64,000 bases of DNA from an uncultured delta proteobacterium (GTDB taxonomy: Bacteria; Myxococcota; Kuafuiibacteriia; Kuafuiibacteriales; Kuafuiibacteriaceae). Both the position numbers and the translations under genes were made by a program. The first letter of the stretch is position 1, and each line of letters opens with the position of its first letter. The notes under the pieces were generated by a model that was not told where the DNA came from, ran no database searches, and worked only from the letters and a program-made list of their open reading frames with translations. This document shows, piece after piece, positions 49,360 to 58,130 of the stretch. The DNA is taken from the NCBI GenBank assembly GCA_963803435.1, contig CAWDML010000001.1, positions 2,368,001-2,432,000 of the forward strand, in the 5' to 3' direction.

Positions 49360-49989
49360 TCAAACGTCGCGCGGCGAGGAGCCGGCGGTGTGCTCGCGGC
49401 AGTACGCCTTGCCCTCGACCGCTCTGCGCAGACAGCGGGTGCCGTCTGCCTGGAGGCCGTGGCAGCGATGCTCGTCGCCGAGCGCGAGAGCGTGGCGGAG
49501 CCCCTTGGTGGCCTTCGCCTCTGACGTCGCCGCTTGGCCGCGCACCCAGCCGGCGCCCGGTCGATCGTCCTCGGAGGTCTCAGCGTCGCGAGGACGTTCG
49601 GCGTCGGCGCGATCGTCGGCGTCCGAGGGCTCGGCGTCATCCGGCGCGTCGGCGTGCGCTGCGGTCTTCTCGGTGACCTCGTCGGCGTGCTCGACGAGCG
49701 GTGTCTCAGGTGCAAGCTCACTTGCATCCGGCTCCGCCAGCGGCGCCTCTTCGGGAGGGAGATCCGGGAGACCGCCGGCGGTCCACGCGTCGTCGAGGAA
49801 CGGGTTGGCCTCGAAGCGCTCGACAATCGCATCGTCCGACGCCGGCTTCGGCGGCGCTTCAGCGACGTCGCCACGGACCTCCTCGAACGCGCCCTCGGCG
49901 CGGTGGCGGTCGCGCTCGACCACCTCCGCCAGGTCGAGACCCAGAAAACGAAGAAGCCGCTGACCGATCCGGTCCTCCATCGCGCTCAT
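49360..49989 (-). CDS. Acidic disordered protein with C-terminal CCCH zinc-finger-like motif
   Basis: RCHGLQADGTRCLRRAVEGKAYCREH. Confidence 0.65.
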   Translation of the reverse strand: MSAMEDRIGQRLLRFLGLDLAEVVERDRHRAEGAFEEVRGDVAEAPPKPASDDAIVERFEANPFLDDAWTAGGLPDLPPEEAPLAEPDASELAPETPLVEHADEVTEKTAAHADAPDDAEPSDADDRADAERPRDAETSEDDRPGAGWVRGQAATSEAKATKGLRHALALGDEHRCHGLQADGTRCLRRAVEGKAYCREHTAGSSPRDV

Positions 49990-50087
49990 CCTCGCCCGTT
50001 GGTGGAACGCGTGGCAGTGACCGGAGTTACCCTCGAACATCTCACTTCGGTCGCGCGTTCCCGGAAGATCGGTCTACCCTGGGCGGC

Positions 50088-52316
50088 ATGGCGGCCGAGC
50101 CCGCGGGCGATTTCGTCGAGCTCGGCGAGGTGATCGGTGGGTATCGGCTCGAGCGGCTGCTCGGGGCCGGCTCGACCAGCCAGGTCTTCCTCGGAAAACA
50201 CGTGGTGCTCGGCCGCAGGGCCGCCATCAAGGTGCTGGTCCACAAGCTGCTCGGCAACGAGGACGTCATCAGCCGTCTCCTGACCGAGGCCAAGGTGGTC
50301 AACGACATCCGCCACCCGAACCTCATCGACATCAGCGACTTCATCAACACCACGTCGCCCCGTCGCGTCGCGCTGGTGATGGAGTACATCGAGGGGCCGA
50401 GCCTCACGATCTGCCGCGAGCATCCGCTGACCTTCGAGCAGGCGATCGGCGTGATGCTCCAGCTGGTGGCCGCGGTTCGCGCAGCCCACGCCGCCGGCAT
50501 CATCCACCGCGACATCAAGCCCGACAACCTGCTCCTCACGATGGATCCCCGCGAGCATCCCGACGAGGTGCCGACGCTCAAGGTCGTCGACTTCGGGATC
50601 GCGAAGATGGCCCACTCGAACCTGGCGCAGACGGCGGTCGGCACCATGCTGGGAACGCCGGCGTACATGGCACCCGAGCAGATCGCTGGGCGCCCCCGAC
50701 CTTCCGCCGCCACCGATGTGTTCGCCATCGGCGAGGTCCTCTACGAGATCCTGAGCGGAAAGCGGGCCTATCCCGCCGGCACGATCTCGGAGACCGTGCG
50801 GGCGAAGCTCCGGGGCGAGCTCCCCGACCTCAAGCTCTCGCCGATGCCCGGCGACCGGGCGCTGCTCGACCTCGTCAAGCGCTGCCTCTCGTATCGTCCC
50901 GAGGATCGCCCCGGGCTCCAGGAGATCCAGTCGGTGCTGGAGAGCGTGCGGCCGAGCGGCGAGCGGGTGACGACGCTCGAGGACGTCGATCTCGACGCGT
51001 CCGAGGTGGAGACGCGTATGGTCGGCCACCAGCCGGTTCCCCCGGCGGCGACGGAGCTGACTCCGATGCTGGGCGGGCGGATCCCGGCCTGGGACACCGG
51101 CGCGGCCGATGCGACCCCGCTCGACGGCTCGCCGGTGCCGAATCAGACGCGGATCGAGCGACCGCCCGACTTCGACCCGGTCCTGACCGAGGCCAACCCA
51201 ATCCCTCGGCCGCGTCGGTTCCTGAAGGACATCACGAGCCCGACGAACCGCGTGCTTCCGGCGCTCACGGAGATCGCGTCGTTCTCGGATCGTCCGCCCC
51301 GATCCGAGATGCCCAATGCACCGACGATGCCGGGCTCCCTCAATCGGCGGGAGCTGGATCCCGGCCAGGCGCGCGTGGTGCGCGACGAGCAGTCGCTCTC
51401 GATCGGCGAGCTCAGGATCGACAATCTCTCGTCGCGCGCGTCGGACGACGAGGCCTCGGTCCAGATCGAGGACGTCGAGCTCTCGCAGCTCCACGGATCG
51501 CCGCAAGCGGTGCTCTTCGACGAAGAGGATCCGCTCCGCATCGCGCCGCCGCCTCGAACGCGGCCGAGCAGCGAGGAGCTTCCTCCCGTCGACGACCCGG
51601 CGTTCGAGCGCGATTCGCCGATCCACCTGGACGGTGGGCGCGCCCTGCCGGGTCTGGGCCTCGGCCAGCCGGCCGGCCTGGCGACCTTCGATCGCTCCGC
51701 CGAGCTCGACGCGCTCGACGCCGACGACCTCGACGAACCGGACGAGCCCGCGGCGTCGAATGTCCCTCAGCCGCGGAAGCACTCGGACGACGCCGCCACC
51801 ATGCCGCCGCAGAAGGCCCCCGGCGCCGGGCCCCAGGCCTCTGAACGCGCCGACAGCGGGCCCGACGTACCCGACACGCGCATCACCGAGGTACGACCGC
51901 AGCGACGCACCCAGTCGGGCTCCAACGCGTTTTTCTACGTACTGCTCCTGATGATCGGCGCAGGCACCGCCTTCGCGCTCCTGGTCGCGACCGGCCGGAT
52001 CGACTTCTTTGGCCCTGCACCCACCGAACCGAAGGAAGCTCCGAGAGAGGCCCCGATCGAGAAGACGGAGCCGACGGCGGAGGCGAAGCCGGGGTTGTTC
52101 AAGATCTCGAGCGAACCGACCCACGCGGACGTCATGCACGTCTCGGAGGATCCGGACTCCGAGCCGCTGCCGCTGGGCAAGACGCCGCTCGACCTCCAGC
52201 TCGACGGGAGGACCTGGCCGCAGACGCTCAGGATCGTGCTGCCCGAGTACGAGCCGATCGAGGTGGAGGTCACGCCCGAGAACCCCATCGTCACAGTGAC
52301 GCTCCACCACCGGTGA
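50088..52316 (+). CDS. Ser/Thr protein kinase with long linker, TM helix and PEGA domain
   Basis: LGAGSTSQV, AAIKVL, HRDIKPDN, DFG, GTPAYMAPEQ; C-terminal ISSEP...LGKTP. Confidence 0.93.
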   Translation: MAAEPAGDFVELGEVIGGYRLERLLGAGSTSQVFLGKHVVLGRRAAIKVLVHKLLGNEDVISRLLTEAKVVNDIRHPNLIDISDFINTTSPRRVALVMEYIEGPSLTICREHPLTFEQAIGVMLQLVAAVRAAHAAGIIHRDIKPDNLLLTMDPREHPDEVPTLKVVDFGIAKMAHSNLAQTAVGTMLGTPAYMAPEQIAGRPRPSAATDVFAIGEVLYEILSGKRAYPAGTISETVRAKLRGELPDLKLSPMPGDRALLDLVKRCLSYRPEDRPGLQEIQSVLESVRPSGERVTTLEDVDLDASEVETRMVGHQPVPPAATELTPMLGGRIPAWDTGAADATPLDGSPVPNQTRIERPPDFDPVLTEANPIPRPRRFLKDITSPTNRVLPALTEIASFSDRPPRSEMPNAPTMPGSLNRRELDPGQARVVRDEQSLSIGELRIDNLSSRASDDEASVQIEDVELSQLHGSPQAVLFDEEDPLRIAPPPRTRPSSEELPPVDDPAFERDSPIHLDGGRALPGLGLGQPAGLATFDRSAELDALDADDLDEPDEPAASNVPQPRKHSDDAATMPPQKAPGAGPQASERADSGPDVPDTRITEVRPQRRTQSGSNAFFYVLLLMIGAGTAFALLVATGRIDFFGPAPTEPKEAPREAPIEKTEPTAEAKPGLFKISSEPTHADVMHVSEDPDSEPLPLGKTPLDLQLDGRTWPQTLRIVLPEYEPIEVEVTPENPIVTVTLHHR

Positions 52317-52322
52317 CGCGGG

Positions 52323-53174
52323 CTATCTGGGCACGACCCAAGGCTGTGGTTCGGGAAGCACCGGCGTCGTCAACTTGGCTGGAGCGTGCGACCTGAGCTT
52401 GGAGGCCAGCACCTCGACCGTGAAGACGCTCGAAGTGAGCAGCAAGACCGCGATCAGCGCGCCCATCAGCGCAGCGGCCCAGAGCGGAGTGCGCCGCTTC
52501 TTGAGCGAGAGGACGCGCGCGCTGAAGTTGCTCTTGCCGGGCTTGTAGCGCATGCAAGTGGTGTTGACATGCGCCTGCTCCAGCGTCGTCGGCTCGGGAC
52601 CCATCGTCTGCCGGGTCAGGTGCGGCGAAGACGTGACGACCGGAAGCACCAGCGGGTCGGAGGTCTCCGGCAGCATCCGCAGAGCGGTCGGTTCGACGGT
52701 GGGCGAGAAATCGGCGCTGACCTCGCGCAGGTACTCGAGGATCGGGTCTTCGATCTTGGAGGAGAGCGGGAGCGGAGCGAGTGGCGCGGGCTGGTAGAGC
52801 ACCTCCGGCTCGGGGAACAGGTCCATCTCCTCGGGCGGCTCGAGATCCTCGACCGGGAGGAACGGAAGCATCGGCTCGCAGTACGCGTGCACGGTGCGGG
52901 GCTCGACCGCCGACGAGGGACGGGGCGCCGGGAGGACCTGGGGGCTGAGCGTGCCGGGCGACACCATGTCGCCGAGGCAGGTGCCTTCGTCGGAGATCCG
53001 CCCGGTCGGGTCGACCGCCGATAGATACGCCTCGATGTCCGCCCGGGCGGCGAAACGGTTCGCCTGGTCGTTCACGGTCTCGAGCTCGTCCGGCGCCAGG
53101 CCCACGGTTCGGGTCTGGACCCGGGTGGGCGCGATCCCGGCGAAGTCCTCCGGCGGCTGGGGGCGGTGCTCCAT
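52323..53174 (-). CDS. Pro-rich protein with a single C-terminal TM helix
   Basis: Low-complexity body and LWAAALMGALIAVLLLTSSVF hydrophobic segment. Confidence 0.55.
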   Translation of the reverse strand: MEHRPQPPEDFAGIAPTRVQTRTVGLAPDELETVNDQANRFAARADIEAYLSAVDPTGRISDEGTCLGDMVSPGTLSPQVLPAPRPSSAVEPRTVHAYCEPMLPFLPVEDLEPPEEMDLFPEPEVLYQPAPLAPLPLSSKIEDPILEYLREVSADFSPTVEPTALRMLPETSDPLVLPVVTSSPHLTRQTMGPEPTTLEQAHVNTTCMRYKPGKSNFSARVLSLKKRRTPLWAAALMGALIAVLLLTSSVFTVEVLASKLRSHAPAKLTTPVLPEPQPWVVPR

Positions 53175-53302
53175 GGCAAGGGAAGCAAGAGCAAGGCGTG
53201 GGCCACCCTGGATCCCACGATCCGCCCCGGGCGCGGGCCGGGCCGGCCGCCTGTCGAGATGCAGCTCCTGCAAGTGGGCCCAGAGTCTGCTTTGATGGCG
53301 GC

Positions 53303-53959
53303 GTGAAATCCCCAGCTCTTCTGCTGGCCTTGTCGGCGTTGCTGGCCGGCGCCGATCACTTCGACAGCCCGGGCGTGGTGGACGATCCCGCGGTCGATCT
53401 CACCGACGTCTACGCGTGGATGAGCCCCGACGCCACCACGCTCCGGCTCGCGCTCGGGATCCCGGCGCCGAACTTCTCCCCCGGCGTGCAGTACGTCTTT
53501 CACGTGGGCAGCGCCCCGACCTTCGGCGCCGCCGAGTCCACGGTCGCGATCATCTGTGTCTTCGACGCCGACCAGAGCGTCACCTGCTGGGTCGGAGATC
53601 GCGATCGGGTCCGCGGTGATGCACACGGCGAGCGCGGCGTCACCAGCGACAGCGGGAAGGTCCGCGTGTTCACCGGGCTGCGGGAGGACGCGTTCTTCTT
53701 CAATGCGGCCGGCTTCTCGGCGGCGATCTCGGCGGTCAAGCGAGCGGCGCCACAGCTCGACTTCGATCCTGCCGGCTGTCCTGCCCTCGATCCGCCGACT
53801 GCAGGCTTCCTTGCAGGACAGCTCGCCACGGATCCGTTCGGTGGTCCGGCGTCCGATCTGTTCGTCGGCTCGATCGGCATGATCGTGCTCGAGATCGACA
53901 AGTCTCTGGTGACCGAAGGCGGTCCGATCGTCTCGGTGTGGGCGAGCGTCCGCTCGTGA
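53303..53959 (+). CDS. DUF4331 family protein (N-terminal-half type)
   Basis: Signal peptide then ADHFDSPGVVDDPAVDLTDVYAW; VFTGLREDAFFFN. Confidence 0.85.
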   Translation: MKSPALLLALSALLAGADHFDSPGVVDDPAVDLTDVYAWMSPDATTLRLALGIPAPNFSPGVQYVFHVGSAPTFGAAESTVAIICVFDADQSVTCWVGDRDRVRGDAHGERGVTSDSGKVRVFTGLREDAFFFNAAGFSAAISAVKRAAPQLDFDPAGCPALDPPTAGFLAGQLATDPFGGPASDLFVGSIGMIVLEIDKSLVTEGGPIVSVWASVRS

Positions 53960-53967
53960 GGTGGTCG

Positions 53968-54528
53968 ATGCGAACCGTGATCCTGTCGCTGCTCCTGCTT
54001 GGCGCCTGCAAGACCAAGGCGGTCATCGACGACACCTCGCCGCCGCCGTTGGGGACGCGCATGTTCGATCGCGTGGGCCGGCCGGCGGTGAACAGCGCGC
54101 TGATCGGTGTGGTCAAGCCGCGTGGAGAGAAGAACCTCCTCCAGGAGCAGTACAACACCACGGATACGGAGGGCTGGCCGGCCTTCGCGAGCGAGATCGC
54201 GGCGAACCTGGCGATCTACGACGCGCTCGACGCGGTCTGCGGCAATCAGCTGCTGGCCGGCGCCGACGCCGCGCCCGGTCGTTACGCCGCGCTGGCCGGC
54301 GTGCTCGCCGACGACCGCCTCTTCATCGACACGCGCGCCGGAACCTGCGCGCAGTACCTCGCCGTCGAGCTGGGCGTGAGCGGCGACTGCGGCGGCCGGA
54401 CCCCGGCCTACGACGTCATCGACACCACCTATTCGGCGCTCGCGGTAGGCGCCCCTACCGGCGTCCCCGACGGTGTCGACGCCGACCGGGCCGCGCTCCC
54501 GCCCGACTTCCCGTTCTTCGCGCGTTAG
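53968..54528 (+). CDS. DUF4331 family lipoprotein (C-terminal-half type)
   Basis: Lipobox LGAC; FDRVGRPAVNSAL, GGRTPAYDVID, DFPF; own RBS GAGG. Confidence 0.85.
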   Translation: MRTVILSLLLLGACKTKAVIDDTSPPPLGTRMFDRVGRPAVNSALIGVVKPRGEKNLLQEQYNTTDTEGWPAFASEIAANLAIYDALDAVCGNQLLAGADAAPGRYAALAGVLADDRLFIDTRAGTCAQYLAVELGVSGDCGGRTPAYDVIDTTYSALAVGAPTGVPDGVDADRAALPPDFPFFAR

Positions 54529-54553
54529 GAGAGCTGACGAGGTCAGCGGTCCG

Positions 54554-55451
54554 CTAGGAGCGTGTAGCGCGTAGCGCTACCGCGAGCCCGGTCCGGGTCC
54601 CGGTCCCGGTCCCGGTCCCGATGGCGATCATGCAGCCCGGCGTGCGTTCATCGACTTGATGAGGCGCCAGAGCCTTCCGTCGTCGCGTGAGCATCTCGAC
54701 AACGCGCTTGAGCTTGGCTCTGGCGGCTTGGACCTTCTGCTCGTTGGCGAGTCGGCGCCTCAAGCAGGTGTGGAGTGAGGCGGCGCTTTCGGTGCCAGAT
54801 TCGTCTGGAATCGATCGTTGGGCGGATCGACTTCGACGCCTGGACTTGATCCCATGGTTTCGTGGCGAAGCAATGTGGACGGCACACCGAGGCCCAACGC
54901 TCAGAGGAACTTCACCGACTCAGACAGCAGGATCATGTTGAAGGATGGAGCGTACCTCCAGGCCTACAATGCCCAAGTTGTCGTAGATGAGCACGCTCAG
55001 GTGATTGTCGCCGAAGGGGTCAGCAACCAGGCACCTGATCAGCAACACCTCGTCCCGATGCTCCCTGATGTGTTCGGCAACTGCGGCGATGCTCCGCGGA
55101 ATCCAACAGCGATGTGGGCATCGATCTGCGAACAGAACCAAGACGCGTCGACTCCGTCCTCATCAGCTTCGGAGCCCACACCTGCCTCGCTCGCTCGCAA
55201 GCCAATGCGAGACAAGTTGCAAACGCGCGACGGCAAGGCGGTCTACCCGGTTCTCGCTACGCTCCTTCTTCAAGGTACGAGCCGAGGGGACGCTCGTCTG
55301 CCTCACCCACAACCTGCTCAAGCTCTACCGATCGAAGCTCGCGACCGTCGCGAGCGTCTGACTCAAGGCAGCCATCTTCAGATCGGGACCCGGACCGGGA
55401 CCGGGACCCGGACCGGGGTCGCGTGAGCGCTTACGCGCTACACGCTCCTAG
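54554..55451. mobile_element. Internally deleted IS1182-family/four-helix-bundle element, copy B, with about 70-bp terminal inverted repeats
   Basis: TIRs 54554-54622 and 55382-55451 (first 20 nt identical, CTAG at both ends, internal GGTCCC hexamers); contains a four-helix-bundle 3' fragment and transposase remnants. Confidence 0.9.
54862..55361 (+). pseudogene. IS1182 family transposase remnants
   Basis: First codons (GTG GCG AAG CAA) fused to AQRNFTDSDSRIM...YLQAYNAQVVVD..QVIVA and, in another frame, LVCLTHNLLKLYR. Confidence 0.85.
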
Positions 55452-56429
55452 AGCGATCCGAACGCCCGCTGCAGCGGGCAGTCCTCGAGCTGGGTGCGCC
55501 GGTCCTCGAGCGGTGGGATGACGCGATCCGAGGTGACGACGTTGTAGACCGGACCGACGAAGTCATCCTCCGCCGTGAACTCGAGATCCGCGGCGGTGCT
55601 GGCCGTATCGATCGAGACAAAGTCCGGCACGGTCCGCACGATGATGGGATACCAAAACGGTGTGTAGCCGGTCTGGGTGATGTCGAATTGGAAGATGTTG
55701 TTAGAGGCGTTGATCAGGCCGTCTCCGTCGAGGTCGAAGCCCTCGTCGAGCTCGGAGAGCAGGTTGGCCTCGTTGATGCGCTGGAACACGTAGAAGGGCG
55801 CGATCGGCATCCGCCGCTGCTCGGGATCGACGGAGATGTCGCTCTGGAACTCGATCCAGTGGACGCGCTGGTTCCGATAGATGGCCCACGTGGGGGCGAC
55901 AGTGCTTCCGTCGGGATCGACCTGGACCCGGACGTCGCGCCGGACCACCGGGCAGGTCACCACGCGCTCGGTCGGCACCGGGACCTCCAGGATTCCGAGC
56001 CGGACCCCGACGTCGATCGCCTCCCGGGAGAAGATGTGCTCGCCTGCGTACCGGTCGGTGATCCGCACCGTGACGACCCGCCACCAGGGTGAGTAGCCGG
56101 TATCGCCGGGGAGGAGGTCGATGATGGGTCGCTCCATCGGCGTGCCATCCTGGTTTGTCAGCACGTAGAGCGGCACGATGAAGTTCTTGGTCGGCGGAGG
56201 TACGCGCCAGTACCAGGTCGCATGACCATTCGCGAAGGCGTGCGCGTACGGGACCTTCGTCGCGAACTGCGCGATCCGGCTGGCGAGCTCCGGGTTGTCT
56301 TCGACGTGCGGGAGCTGGGCCGAGCTGAGGTTCGGGTCGCCCAGGACGCGCGAGGGATCGAATCTCGTCCCCGACCTCGGGTTCGAGGCAACCACCGGCC
56401 AGCGCGGCCATCAGGAGGATCCAGCGCAT
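55448..56429 (-). CDS. Uncharacterised lipoprotein; frameshift near 56365
   Basis: MRWILLMAALAGGC lipobox in one frame joins the IIDLLPGDTGYSPWWRV...GYTPFW body in another. Confidence 0.7.
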
Positions 56430-56794
56430 CAGTCCTCGCCCTTCCGCTTGCGCCGGCCCTTCTCGGCGGTGATGTCGGCGCTGACCATCTCGATGATCTC
56501 GGAGAAGTTCGCCTCCACCAGGGCTTGAGCGAAGTCGCCGGGCTCCAGCTCGGCGGCCTTCTCCTTGGCGATCTGCAGGTTCTCGGTCCACAGCTGCTTC
56601 ACCTGGTCGTTCAGCGAGGTGTCGAAGCCGACCTCCTCCCGGAGCCGCCGGCGCCAGTCACCCCCGCCGAACAGCTTACCGGAGACGTTCTTGGCCAGTT
56701 GCTCCATCGGACCGGGCAGCTCACCGATGGCGTCGAGGATGTACGACTCGAGCATGAGGAGGAACGGTTTGTCCCGGTACCGTTCGAGATCCAT
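56429..56794 (-). CDS. Hypothetical protein
   Basis: GC3-rich ORF MDLERYRDKPFLLMLESYILDAIGEL; stop overlaps the next ATG. Confidence 0.7.
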   Translation of the reverse strand: MDLERYRDKPFLLMLESYILDAIGELPGPMEQLAKNVSGKLFGGGDWRRRLREEVGFDTSLNDQVKQLWTENLQIAKEKAAELEPGDFAQALVEANFSEIIEMVSADITAEKGRRKRKGED

Positions 56795-56879
56795 CGCGAA
56801 CGGAGTGTACTCGAACCCAGCGCACACGAGAACACACTGGATTCTTCGCCTTCCTCAAGGTCGTGATTATGCTCGGGCG

Positions 56880-58130
56880 GTGACCGTTTTCGCGGCCGGG
56901 CTGTCGGCGTTGCTTCTCGCCACCCCCACGTCCCATTTCCTCGCGGTCGGCAGCTTCAAGGAGACGGGGAGCCTCACGCGCGGGGACGGCCTCATCCTGG
57001 CCGCCGCCCTCGAGTGGGAGCTCACGGCCACCGGAGACTTCGACGCGATCGCCGACGCCGAGTCCCAACGCGCCCGGAAAGCGGTCATCGCCAAGACCAA
57101 TCGCCTTCGAACCGATGAGCGTTACTGGATCGAGCTCGGGCACGAGGTCGGCGCGTCTCACCTGTTGCGCGGTGAGGTCTGGGAGTCGCCCCGGATCTGC
57201 TATGCGCGCGCGAAGCTGATCGAGCTCGCGACCGGAAAGGCGAAGGTCACCAGCCCGGAGCCGTACGACTGCAGCGAGCAGGACCTGCGGGCGCTCGCCG
57301 GCGATCTCGCGCAGCAGCTGATCGGAAAGCGCGCCTCGCCCAAGGTGGCGCGCGCGCGGCCCGTGGAGAAGTCGGTCCCGCTCGCGATCACGCTCGTCGG
57401 CGAAGAGGGCACGGTGAACGGACGACCGATCCGCACCGCGCGCAAGGCGGAGCCAACGCCCGTCGAGCGGCCGCCCCCGGCGCCGCCGCCGTCACCGCCG
57501 CCACCGCCGGCGATCATTCCGCCGCCGCCGGTGGCGCCGCTGCCGGTGGTGCCCCCGCCGACCCCGACGCGCTGGCCGGGCTTCACGACCAGCGACCGCT
57601 CGTACTCCGTCTACGATCTCGCGCTCGACGTGCAGCGGCGCGCACCGCTCTTCGGGGGCCTGATCCTCCTGATCCCGGTGCTCGCGATCTTTGCCGGGGC
57701 CATCGCGCTCCCGCTCAAGCGCGACCTCGCCGTTCGGATCGTCGAGACAGGCTTCGGACTCTCGGTGCTCCTGGCCTGCCTGACGATGACCACCATCCTG
57801 TTCTACACGTACGGCATCGACCGCCCGATCCTCGACGACGTCGACATACTGGCGGTGGGCGCGCCCTTCGCGGCGGTGGGGGTCTGGCTCATCGGCGGGC
57901 GTATGCTCGTCACCTACGCCGAGATGAAGCTCTTTCGCCGGGTCTTCTCGGTCATTCTCTACGGGGCGTTCTTCTCGGTGGCGCTGATGATCGCGTCACA
58001 GGTCCACATGCCTGCGATCCTGCTGGCGTTCAGCACGCTGGTCTTCCACGTCGTGATCAGGCTCGCGAATCAGGCCCGCCGGAACCGGCGGGAGCGCCAG
58101 GCCAGCGCCAACGAGATGAGCACCAGCTGA
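56880..58130 (+). CDS. Membrane protein with periplasmic CsgG/TolB-N-like domain, Pro-rich linker and about 5 TM helices
   Basis: ELGHEVGASHLLRGEV...AKLIELATG pattern; poly-Pro linker; hydrophobic C-terminus. Confidence 0.65.
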   Translation: MTVFAAGLSALLLATPTSHFLAVGSFKETGSLTRGDGLILAAALEWELTATGDFDAIADAESQRARKAVIAKTNRLRTDERYWIELGHEVGASHLLRGEVWESPRICYARAKLIELATGKAKVTSPEPYDCSEQDLRALAGDLAQQLIGKRASPKVARARPVEKSVPLAITLVGEEGTVNGRPIRTARKAEPTPVERPPPAPPPSPPPPPAIIPPPPVAPLPVVPPPTPTRWPGFTTSDRSYSVYDLALDVQRRAPLFGGLILLIPVLAIFAGAIALPLKRDLAVRIVETGFGLSVLLACLTMTTILFYTYGIDRPILDDVDILAVGAPFAAVGVWLIGGRMLVTYAEMKLFRRVFSVILYGAFFSVALMIASQVHMPAILLAFSTLVFHVVIRLANQARRNRRERQASANEMSTS

